DNA of 64,000 bases from a virus. Numbering within the stretch: the first letter of the stretch is position 1; every line of letters begins with the position of its first letter. Below are positions 1-7,751 of this stretch, in pieces. The stretch is from the IMG/VR virus record IMGVR_UViG_3300026076_000001. One strand, given 5' to 3'. A program made the position numbers and the translations under genes. The notes under the pieces were generated by a model, which saw nothing but the letters and a program-made list of their open reading frames with translations, did no database searches and was not told the origin of the DNA.

Positions 1-419
1 TTCTCGCTAAGACCAGAGAAGCTACACTTGTTAGCAATGTAAAAATTAATTGCTGTCTCATATATGTCCTTGTTTTCTGATAGTTTTTCTTTTGCTTTAT
101 TGAATGCTTCTTTATGTGCCTTCAGTACATCTTCCTTATCATCGTGATCCATTAGATAGGTCTTGATGTTATGAAGATGTGATTGCATTTGTGGACCTGC
201 ATCTCTTAGGGCAGTCCAGAAAGCAAAGACTGGATAATATAAATCATTGATAACAACCTTAAGATCTGGACGTTGCTTTGTTAGAGCAATAGCCATAGAT
301 CCACCACCAATAAAAGGTTCGACATAGTAGTCAAACTTGCGTGGTATATAATCTAATAGTATCTTAGTAGCACGAGACTTGCCACCTGGATACCTCAATG
401 GAGTTTTAAACTTTTTCAT
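1..419 (-). CDS. dam: DNA adenine methyltransferase (Dam/D12 class), 3' end truncated by window
   Basis: Manual translation from ATG at 419: MKKFKTPLRYPGGKSRATKILLDYIPRKFDYYVEPFIGGGSMAIAL...; the RYPGGKS and EPFxGGGS motifs are typical of D12-class N6-adenine MTases. Not in the ORF track. Confidence 0.9.
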   Translation of the reverse strand, partial: MKKFKTPLRYPGGKSRATKILLDYIPRKFDYYVEPFIGGGSMAIALTKQRPDLKVVINDLYYPVFAFWTALRDAGPQMQSHLHNIKTYLMDHDDKEDVLKAHKEAFNKAKEKLSENKDIYETAINFYIANKCSFSGLSE

Positions 420-1054
420 ACTATAGGGACAAAGATAGCCTGGTTAAAATGCTCAGGTTTCGGATCGTCTAAAAGATCTATACCTATACTAGCACGTAAC
501 CCCTTGAAATTGCAAGAGACTACACGATGTTCTAGTCTAGAATCACCCATATACATTTGACCTTGTTTGTTCTTGATTACAGTACCGTTCTTGAATTCTG
601 TATCTGTCTCCTTATCAGAGAGGTGTACAAATCCGTGATGGTTACAATAGTCGTGTAAATGCCAACCAAGAGATTCATTTACACCATTGAGATCAGGAGA
701 TCTATGAACGTTCAACCAACTATGGATCCACAAATGCTTATAGTCTCCTCCATAATATTCTTTGATGTTAGCAAAGACTTGTTTCCAGAGTTGATAGTAA
801 GTTGGTAGTGGTGTACTAAGAGTAATAAGGTTGTACGTATTCTTAGATAGAGTAGGGTCAACACGAGGTTGCATATGTTCATATCGACATTCTATCTGTT
901 CCTTCCATTGAGCATAGACCCTAGCAGTCTCCTTTAGGAGTTCGTTAAAATCTAAATCTAATTGGTAATACTTCATCTTAGGATCTTTTGGTTCCTCTTT
1001 CAAAGAAATGGTACCGTATCCTTTTCTGTGGCTATCAATAGATTGATACTTCAT
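416..1054 (-). CDS. putative 2OG-Fe(II) oxygenase-like protein
   Basis: W-x-N...H-x-H(D)...HGFVHL...G-x-MYM...LEH-x-V...R-x-SIGID matches the double-stranded beta-helix oxygenase pattern common in cyanophages; 4-bp overlap with dam. Confidence 0.55.
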   Translation of the reverse strand: MKYQSIDSHRKGYGTISLKEEPKDPKMKYYQLDLDFNELLKETARVYAQWKEQIECRYEHMQPRVDPTLSKNTYNLITLSTPLPTYYQLWKQVFANIKEYYGGDYKHLWIHSWLNVHRSPDLNGVNESLGWHLHDYCNHHGFVHLSDKETDTEFKNGTVIKNKQGQMYMGDSRLEHRVVSCNFKGLRASIGIDLLDDPKPEHFNQAIFVPIV

Positions 1055-1185
1055 TTTGATTCATTAGGAGGTTTACTAAGATGAAATTCATATGCTATCC
1101 ATCTTCCCTTACCATCAGTAGCAAGGTCATTATATTTAAACTTGCAAGGGCAAGTATGTAACCATTCGTAGAACTGTTCATTCAT
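1051..1185 (-). CDS. small hypothetical protein (44 aa)
   Basis: Manual translation MNEQFYEWLHTCPCKFKYNDLATDGKGRWIAYEFHLSKPPNESK; its TGA overlaps the ATG of the next gene. Confidence 0.5.
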   Translation of the reverse strand: MNEQFYEWLHTCPCKFKYNDLATDGKGRWIAYEFHLSKPPNESK

Positions 1186-1196
1186 AGGTTTCTTTT

Positions 1197-1358
1197 TTAC
1201 CAATGTCTTACCACCCCACTAACAATAAAACAATTAGTAATGAGATAAGAAAGGAAAATAATACTACGTACGATAACAACGTAGTTGTCGTAGCGTTTAG
1301 TTCTTTCATCAGAAAAACTCCCAAGTGCATACTTCCATATCCTCCACCATCTAATCAC
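1197..1358 (-). CDS. small membrane protein (53 aa)
   Basis: GTG start overlapping the upstream stop; MIRWWRIWKYALGSFSDERTKRYDNYVVIVRSIIFLSYLITNCFIVSGVVRHW has one hydrophobic segment. Confidence 0.6.
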   Translation of the reverse strand: MIRWWRIWKYALGSFSDERTKRYDNYVVIVRSIIFLSYLITNCFIVSGVVRHW

Positions 1359-1726
1359 TTAATTCTCCTAGGTACTTGAATAGTCCAAGAAGGAGATACT
1401 AGATCAACCATCTCGAACTGCTTCTTATTCTTTTCAATATCATTCAACATTTTTTCACGACCAGGTTCAGGTTGTATCTCACCATAATGAGTTTCTTTTA
1501 TACCCAAGTAATCCAATACAGCATCATCAACCATACTGTATAAGGTATCCCAAGTTAAAGTATCTCTTAATCCAGTTGCGATACGATCAATATCACCACC
1601 ATCTAAGTACTCACCCTTGTTTACCTTTTCTGAGTAATCTTCATACTGAGAAATAAGTTTAGCTCTGATCTCTACCAACTCATTGAGGTTGATAGTGATT
1701 TTAATGTCATCATAAATGGCTGTCAT
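1355..1726 (-). CDS. hypothetical protein (123 aa)
   Basis: ORF track; tightly coupled with neighbours. Confidence 0.7.
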   Translation of the reverse strand: MTAIYDDIKITINLNELVEIRAKLISQYEDYSEKVNKGEYLDGGDIDRIATGLRDTLTWDTLYSMVDDAVLDYLGIKETHYGEIQPEPGREKMLNDIEKNKKQFEMVDLVSPSWTIQVPRRIK

Positions 1727-1923
1727 TGTTCTATACCGTATTTGGATAGGTCATACTTGGGCAAACTTAATGGTTCAACCTCTTTCTTAATTGGTTTACC
1801 TATCTTATCCTCAAGTTCAGATACTATCTTCTTCTTAGAGATATGATAAGGTGTTGGTGCATTTTGCAAACACACTCGTAAACACTGAAGTTCATCATCA
1901 GTGAATGTGAATGTGTGGCTCAT
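1723..1923 (-). CDS. hypothetical protein (~66 aa)
   Basis: ORF track gives 1723..1935; likely start MSHTF at 1923, overlapping the stop of the upstream 29-aa ORF. Confidence 0.6.
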   Translation of the reverse strand: MSHTFTFTDDELQCLRVCLQNAPTPYHISKKKIVSELEDKIGKPIKKEVEPLSLPKYDLSKYGIEQ

Positions 1924-2009
1924 TTTTTCCTCCAATGATCGATCAAACGTTTCAATTCAGCAATACGTTTCTCTGCTTCTTTGATTTTTTCTTTTAGATA
2001 ATCACTCAT
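1920..2009 (-). CDS. small coiled-coil protein (29 aa)
   Basis: MSDYLKEKIKEAEKRIAELKRLIDHWRKK; ATGA overlaps at both ends. Confidence 0.45.
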   Translation of the reverse strand: MSDYLKEKIKEAEKRIAELKRLIDHWRKK

Positions 2010-2944
2010 TTGAACTCACACTCCACCATAACTTGTGTCATACAAGCTAAGAGATTAATCTCTTGATCTGCTACAAAAGCAGACTTATACTGATAGTCAG
2101 CAATGATGAGAACTAATTGTGGTATACTCCTACCAACTAACTCTTGACTCAATCCATCATACAACTTACGAAAGATCATATTAGGATCGTTGTCAAGGTT
2201 CTCCACAACCCAACTACGGACAGTGCTGAACTCTTTTCTAGCTAGTGCTTTTACCAGCGTCGAAATGTCCAGTTCTGATATATCAACCAGAATACCACTA
2301 TCGATAGACCCAGAAGAGCTGTGTCGTTGTAGTTCATTAAGTGTTCGTCTCCAATCTGGATAATGTTTTTGTACAAGTTTAACCAGAACCTTGTCTTCTG
2401 CTGTAACCTTATTATCTTTAAGTATCTGTTTGACTCTAAGGAAGAACTGACCTTGAAGGTCTAGTCTATCCTCTTTCTTAATTACAAAATCAAATACAGA
2501 ACACCTAGACTGTAATGGTTGAATGATCTTATTCTTGTAGTTACAAGTAAAGACAAATCTACAGTTGTTCTGGTAATCCTCAATAGCAGCACGTAACTGT
2601 GACTGAACGTCAGCAGTCATATTGTCTGCTTCATCTATGATAACACATTTGTGTTTGCTTCCTGAGAGACTAATTGTACTAGCAAAGTTTTTAACTCTCG
2701 TTCTAACCGTATCGAGGTATCTACCCTCATCAGAACCATTAATAATAATACAACTAACACCCAGTTCATCACATAGAGCTCTTGCAACTGTTGTCTTACC
2801 AACACCAGCAGATCCAGAGAGGAGGAGATTCGGGAATTCACCCGCATCCACAAACTCCTGAAACGTTGTTTTAAGATTCTGAGGTAGGATGCAATCATTT
2901 ATTTTAGTGGGTCGATACTCCTCAACCCATAAGAATTTTCTCAC
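2006..2944 (-). CDS. gp44: sliding clamp loader ATPase subunit (RFC-like)
   Basis: LWVEEYRP, Walker A GSAGVGKT, DEAD, SRC motif; next to gp45. Confidence 0.97.
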   Translation of the reverse strand: MRKFLWVEEYRPTKINDCILPQNLKTTFQEFVDAGEFPNLLLSGSAGVGKTTVARALCDELGVSCIIINGSDEGRYLDTVRTRVKNFASTISLSGSKHKCVIIDEADNMTADVQSQLRAAIEDYQNNCRFVFTCNYKNKIIQPLQSRCSVFDFVIKKEDRLDLQGQFFLRVKQILKDNKVTAEDKVLVKLVQKHYPDWRRTLNELQRHSSSGSIDSGILVDISELDISTLVKALARKEFSTVRSWVVENLDNDPNMIFRKLYDGLSQELVGRSIPQLVLIIADYQYKSAFVADQEINLLACMTQVMVECEFK

Positions 2945-3612
2945 GGTTCTAAGGCAATGTAGTAAGTTAAGTCAAGGTCACTGTGATCCCACTTAGAGAT
3001 CAATTTACTGGACACACTTACTCCGTAGTCTCCTTGGAAGAGTCTGAGGTTTTCAACTTTAAAATCGAGCGAGTAATCACCGTCTGTTGATCCTTGTACA
3101 ACTTGATCATAAGAGTTGGAGGTGTCGTCTTCTTTGTCACGTACTTTAAGAATAACGGTTTGCTTTTCACCTGACACAGTGAAGTCTGGTAGACCATACA
3201 CAGCAGCAGCTTTGCTAAGTGCACCGATCTGTTCCTCAGTCACATTGAATTCAATGTTCCCACCAGGAAATTTGATCTCACGATCAGGTGCTGCCTTCAT
3301 AGTAATCTCAGGATCACTGAAGTAGTATCTGACTCTACGTCCCTGACCTTGATCTTTAATCGTAACATAGTTAGGATTATCGAAGTGGAGTACAGGATCA
3401 TCAAACAACAAGAGACCAGCAATAAACTGATTCAAGTCATAGATGGCAAAGTCAATTGGAAATGTCTCCTCTACCTTAGCAGATGCAAGAATGTTTTCTG
3501 CATTGCTGATAGTCTTAAGGACATTACCAGTCTTCACTACGATACTCGTATTGATCGTGGCGAAGTTTTTAAGAATGGATAATGTAGTTTTGGATAAAGT
3601 GACTGCTGTCAT
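2941..3612 (-). CDS. gp45: DNA polymerase sliding clamp
   Basis: TLSILKNFATINTSI...FAIYDLNQF...YYIALEP is T4 gp45-like; synteny with gp44. Confidence 0.95.
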   Translation of the reverse strand: MTAVTLSKTTLSILKNFATINTSIVVKTGNVLKTISNAENILASAKVEETFPIDFAIYDLNQFIAGLLLFDDPVLHFDNPNYVTIKDQGQGRRVRYYFSDPEITMKAAPDREIKFPGGNIEFNVTEEQIGALSKAAAVYGLPDFTVSGEKQTVILKVRDKEDDTSNSYDQVVQGSTDGDYSLDFKVENLRLFQGDYGVSVSSKLISKWDHSDLDLTYYIALEP

Positions 3613-3920
3613 TTGTCGTAGTCAACTGAGAATGATGTAGTTCCATCGTTGATAGCCATCGCACGTGCGGTTTTATCATTGAAATGGAGTAAGAGTATAG
3701 CATAGTGGGCAATCTTAATGATGTCCTTACGTGCTGAACCCTTTCGATCGTAGCGAGAAGCATACTTTAGGATGTTACTCCTACAGAATGCTTCAGCGTC
3801 ACCTACCGAATCGATGAGATCCAACGTCTGAACCCCACCTGGACTGTAATGACCTCGGTACGTGTTGTGAATGTAAGATTTGACTTCTTCTAGAAGTTCA
3901 TCTTCATTGTACTTGTTCAT
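3609..3920 (-). CDS. conserved phage protein (DUF3310-like)
   Basis: HY...VQTLDLI...FCRSNILKYASRYDRKG...DIIKIAHY pattern. Confidence 0.75.
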   Translation of the reverse strand: MNKYNEDELLEEVKSYIHNTYRGHYSPGGVQTLDLIDSVGDAEAFCRSNILKYASRYDRKGSARKDIIKIAHYAILLLHFNDKTARAMAINDGTTSFSVDYDK

Positions 3921-3955
3921 ATACGTGGTAGTTTTCTACCAGTATAACAGAGTGG

Positions 3956-5041
3956 TTACCTAATTGCAACCACTTTATCTGAATGAACTTCTACAGGAGA
4001 TTCTCCCTCGTCTACAGGAAGGTCAACTTTGTCATCAACCTTACTGTAAAGGTCTAGGAATGCTTGCTTAGTCTCATCATCGAAACGGTTCAAGCAAAGT
4101 TGTACTGCCTCTAGTCTATCGTTGAAGATAGAGAATGCCTTAGTGATGTGTACAAGTCTACGTGTACTGATCACCTCATCGATACCACCATCATAAAATG
4201 TCTTACGGATGATGTCTGCCCAGTCAGCAAGCTTCTTACAGTAGTCATTGTCCTTACATACCTTAGCAAGAATCTTCTGCTCTACCTGAGGTGATGGATA
4301 ATCTTGCTCAAAGGTCAATGCGAATCTCTCAAGGAATGCTTCGTTAAGTACATTAGTACCAATGAATCTACCATCTTCAGATCCTTTACCTTTAGTGTTT
4401 GCAGTAGCAAAGACATTAAATCCTTTTGTAGGTTTTACGAACTTACCTATCTTCTTGAGGAAGACTCCCTTCCCTTCGAGGATGGATTGAAGACAAAGTA
4501 TCTTATTAGATGCAAGGTCCACTTCATCCAAAAGTAGGACTGCTCCTTTTTCGAGTGCTTCGATGACTGGACCGTTGTGCCATACTGTCTCGCCATTAAC
4601 AAGGCGAAACCCACCAATAAGATCGTCTTCATCGGTTTCAATTGTAATGTTAACTCTAATCAAGTCACGCTTGAGTTGAGCACACGCTTGTTCGACACCA
4701 AACGTTTTACCATTACCAGAAAGTCCAGTAATGAATGTTGGGTAAAAGATACCTGACTTAAGGATCTTCTTAAGACGATTAAAATTACCAAAGGGAACAA
4801 AGTTAGGATCTACATCTGGTACCAAGTTCTGCTCTACAGCAGGTGCTGCTGCTGGTTTACTATAAGTTTTCTCTAGAGCTTCTTTAACAGTTAGATCCCA
4901 AGTACCACGCTTGACTTTGTATGCACTTAGTCTATTAGTGATGGCACGATAACCGAGTCCAACCTTTCTTGCATATTTTTTTACTTCAGTGGCAGTGATA
5001 TTATTGCCAAACTGGTCACGGAGATCGGAAACGACGGTCAT
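3956..5041 (-). CDS. cobS: CobS-like MoxR-family AAA+ ATPase
   Basis: Walker A GLSGNGKT, ETDEDDLIGGFRL, Walker B LLLDE, ATANTKG, FLERF; standard position in cyanomyophages. Confidence 0.92.
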   Translation of the reverse strand: MTVVSDLRDQFGNNITATEVKKYARKVGLGYRAITNRLSAYKVKRGTWDLTVKEALEKTYSKPAAAPAVEQNLVPDVDPNFVPFGNFNRLKKILKSGIFYPTFITGLSGNGKTFGVEQACAQLKRDLIRVNITIETDEDDLIGGFRLVNGETVWHNGPVIEALEKGAVLLLDEVDLASNKILCLQSILEGKGVFLKKIGKFVKPTKGFNVFATANTKGKGSEDGRFIGTNVLNEAFLERFALTFEQDYPSPQVEQKILAKVCKDNDYCKKLADWADIIRKTFYDGGIDEVISTRRLVHITKAFSIFNDRLEAVQLCLNRFDDETKQAFLDLYSKVDDKVDLPVDEGESPVEVHSDKVVAIR

Positions 5042-5073
5042 AGGATTTAGAAAGATTTTGTTTGTATGTGTTT

Positions 5074-5130
5074 ATTATAATGGATAAAAGGGGTGTTGTG
5101 TACACCCCAAGGACAGTTTGTTAACTGACC
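5074..5130 (-). promoter_or_regulatory. cobS promoter: palindrome + hairpin + TATAAT
   Basis: TATAAT 5074-5079; hairpin GGGGTGT-5nt-ACACCCC 5090-5108 followed by a T-tract on minus; inverted repeat GGACAGTT-N4-AACTGACC 5111-5130. Confidence 0.65.
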
Positions 5131-7283
5131 ATATCCACAAATGATGAGAGTATCTTTTTGTTGACACTCTTATTACCAAGAGATCTCTTGAAAGCAGCTT
5201 TGATCTTTGCTTTAGTTGCACCTTCATCAACCTCAAACTCAGTGTTGAGACCTAGGTTCTTGTTAGGCATTAGATACAACTCATCATATCCAAGAGACTT
5301 CTTAACAACTAAGGACTTGTCTCTTCTAAGTCTTGCTTTAATTTCATCTCTGGAAATTCCACGCTCCATCCAGTCGCATAGATTAGATGCATTACGTATC
5401 CAGTAAGAAACATCCCTACCCTCGATAAGTCTGAAACTAACAAAGTTGGATTCTGGAAACGTTTCTTTAAGATCTTGGATATAGATGCCAAGATTTGACA
5501 TATAATTACCTGAAAAACGATCAAAAACACGCCCCGTACGATTATTGCGAAGAGCAGCACGATGCTCCACAGTTCTCGTAAGGAGTTCTTCATCCCTGTA
5601 ATGGTCTTGCTCAGTCGTGTAGACTCCTGCGTGGGATTCTCCATCACTCAAAATAATACAGTTTAATTTTTCTACTCCATACTTCTTGCGGAAGTAAGGT
5701 ATTACAGTATGTAGAGATACTATTGCATCTGACAGTGGTGTACCACCTAAGTACAATCCAAGTGGATGTCCTAGTGCACGTGAACCTTCAAATACTTCTC
5801 CACCGCTATAGCTAGAATAGTATGCACCCAAACGGAACATATACTTTAACTGTTGCTCAAATTCATTACCACTAAGATCGGTGGTAAGCACATTAACAAG
5901 ATTAAAACAATCTCCAAAGGAGTATTTGTAAGCTGTACTTCTGTCTGGTCTGTGGTTTTCATTAGCATCTCTAGCCCATTCAGTTGTGAATAGATACGCA
6001 TTGAATGGTATCTGTGCCTTCTTACAGAACCAAGCTATATTGATGAGTTGCTTCACCATATTGAAGCATACATCACTTATAGATCCAGACCAGTCAACTA
6101 GTGCAATTAACCCGTGGTTCTTACCATCAGGGAGAACTGTTACCCGCTTAAACAAGTCCTCATTGTACTTGTAAGTATGTAGTAACCCAGTGTTCAAAAT
6201 ACCAGTTTTACTAGTAGATGCACGTGCATATGCTGCTGCTGATTTCTTACACTCAAACTCTTTAACAAGATAATTTACTTCTCTTGCAGCTTCTTTACGG
6301 TAAGAAAGGAATGCTTCATCAGCAAAGTGAACTGGATCATATCCAAAAGACTTATAGAGTGTAGAATAATGCTCTTCGCATCTCTCCATAAAATTTTTGT
6401 TAGGAACAACGATGTCATCATACTTACCTCTTTTGATCTCAATGATATCGATCTCTTCATAAGTATTTGATGATGCTAGATCTCTTAACTTACCTGCTAA
6501 GGATTCAACAGTAGATAGATCTTCTGGTTTGAGTTCTTGCTCACTACCATCATCAAATCCACCACCACCTTCTTGCTCAATTCCATCTTCACCTTCACCT
6601 TCACCAGTTTGAGACTTAAACTTATCGTCACCTTCTTCTGACTCACCCTCGGATTCTTCACCCCAGTCAGATGATGGTTGCTGACTCTCAGGAGTACCGC
6701 TTGTATTGCCCTCAGGTGCTTCTTGCTGCTGTTGAGGATGTTCTACATCCTTTCTATAGTTCCAGAGGACTCTCGCTGCTTCTACAGCATCTTCAAAGGT
6801 TTCAACTCTATCAATCTGTTCTACAATTGCTTGCTCAACTTCATTGAAAGGGATCTCAACATAGTTTCCAATCTTGAAATGAAGATTGACTCTATCTGCC
6901 ATAGTGAACTTAGTAAGATCTTGCTCCCATACACTGAAGAAATCTTGCTGATTGAGTTGCTTATAACCTTCGTAGAATGTCTTACGTAAACCAGGAAACT
7001 TACGCTTCATCAACTTCTCTATACGTACATCCTCTGTGATATTCAAGTAACCCTGAGGTACACCCAGAGTATGCATATCAACATTAGGAGTGAATAAAGC
7101 GTGTCCTACTTCGTGTCCTACAAGAAGGTCATAGATTGTATTGGTTAGACCCTTCCAGATAGGAAGTGTCAAAATTCTTTTGTTTACATCGAATGATGCA
7201 GTGTCAACAACTTTGTGTTGAACGATAAGGTTTTCAGTAGCTAGAAGTTTAGCAAGGTTACCTTTAACTTCGTAGTGGGACAT
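5121..7283 (-). CDS. zinc metallopeptidase-like/vWA domain protein (CobT-like partner of CobS)
   Basis: HEVGH plus NxxEDxRIE near the N-terminus; acidic linker; vWA MIDAS DWSGS, GGTPL, ILSDGES. Likely start MSHYEVKG at 7283, although the ORF is open to 7454. Confidence 0.8.
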   Translation of the reverse strand: MSHYEVKGNLAKLLATENLIVQHKVVDTASFDVNKRILTLPIWKGLTNTIYDLLVGHEVGHALFTPNVDMHTLGVPQGYLNITEDVRIEKLMKRKFPGLRKTFYEGYKQLNQQDFFSVWEQDLTKFTMADRVNLHFKIGNYVEIPFNEVEQAIVEQIDRVETFEDAVEAARVLWNYRKDVEHPQQQQEAPEGNTSGTPESQQPSSDWGEESEGESEEGDDKFKSQTGEGEGEDGIEQEGGGGFDDGSEQELKPEDLSTVESLAGKLRDLASSNTYEEIDIIEIKRGKYDDIVVPNKNFMERCEEHYSTLYKSFGYDPVHFADEAFLSYRKEAAREVNYLVKEFECKKSAAAYARASTSKTGILNTGLLHTYKYNEDLFKRVTVLPDGKNHGLIALVDWSGSISDVCFNMVKQLINIAWFCKKAQIPFNAYLFTTEWARDANENHRPDRSTAYKYSFGDCFNLVNVLTTDLSGNEFEQQLKYMFRLGAYYSSYSGGEVFEGSRALGHPLGLYLGGTPLSDAIVSLHTVIPYFRKKYGVEKLNCIILSDGESHAGVYTTEQDHYRDEELLTRTVEHRAALRNNRTGRVFDRFSGNYMSNLGIYIQDLKETFPESNFVSFRLIEGRDVSYWIRNASNLCDWMERGISRDEIKARLRRDKSLVVKKSLGYDELYLMPNKNLGLNTEFEVDEGATKAKIKAAFKRSLGNKSVNKKILSSFVDMVS

Positions 7284-7307
7284 AGGGTGTTCGTTTCTTA
7301 TGTCCTT

Positions 7308-7366
7308 ATTATACAAAGAAACCCTCCGCTTGGGAGGGTTCAGTAGACACTTTATCAACTGTCTAC
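7308..7366 (-). promoter_or_regulatory. promoter of vWA/peptidase gene: palindrome + hairpin + TATAAT
   Basis: TATAAT 7308-7313; hairpin AACCCTCC-5nt-GGAGGGTT 7320-7340; inverted repeat GTAGACACTT-N4-AACTGTCTAC 7343-7366. Confidence 0.65.
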
Positions 7367-7554
7367 GTCGTGCTCTCGCTTGACGCAGTGCCTGTGGTTT
7401 TAGTTTTCTTTTGGCTTCCTTCTTTGAGTGATGCTGCCAGTTTGGAACTTTCATTTAATTTCTCCAGAGCGGCTAGTACTTCGGGAGTCTCTTCCCAACT
7501 CCACGTTTCTTCTCGACCTTTCTTATCTATCTTGGTGAATGTTTTAACAGTCAT
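7363..7554 (-). CDS. hypothetical protein (63 aa)
   Basis: ORF track; coupled to the upstream ORF; 3' end overlaps the basic MKVPNW segment. Confidence 0.55.
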   Translation of the reverse strand: MTVKTFTKIDKKGREETWSWEETPEVLAALEKLNESSKLAASLKEGSQKKTKTTGTASSESTT

Positions 7555-7751
7555 ACTGTAAGATCCTCCGACTTGATTGAAAATAGAATGTCATCTAGTT
7601 CCTGTATGTGTTCTATATTAAACACCATCTCGCTAACGTGCTTGATGAGGAATGGACTTTCTGATCTGGCAGCAAAGGCAAGTGCTTCTCGCAAATGCTT
7701 CTGTGCTTCTGCTAGTTCGGTTTTAACTTGTTCTGAAATTTGTGTTTGCAT
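7551..7751 (-). CDS. hypothetical protein (66 aa)
   Basis: ORF track; directly downstream of gp46. Confidence 0.65.
   Translation of the reverse strand: MQTQISEQVKTELAEAQKHLREALAFAARSESPFLIKHVSEMVFNIEHIQELDDILFSIKSEDLTV

Noticed and set aside
3956-5041. cobS as evidence of phage cobalamin synthesis
   Set aside because: No CobN or other cob genes in the window, and the partner is a peptidase-vWA protein; the name reflects AAA+ family similarity only.
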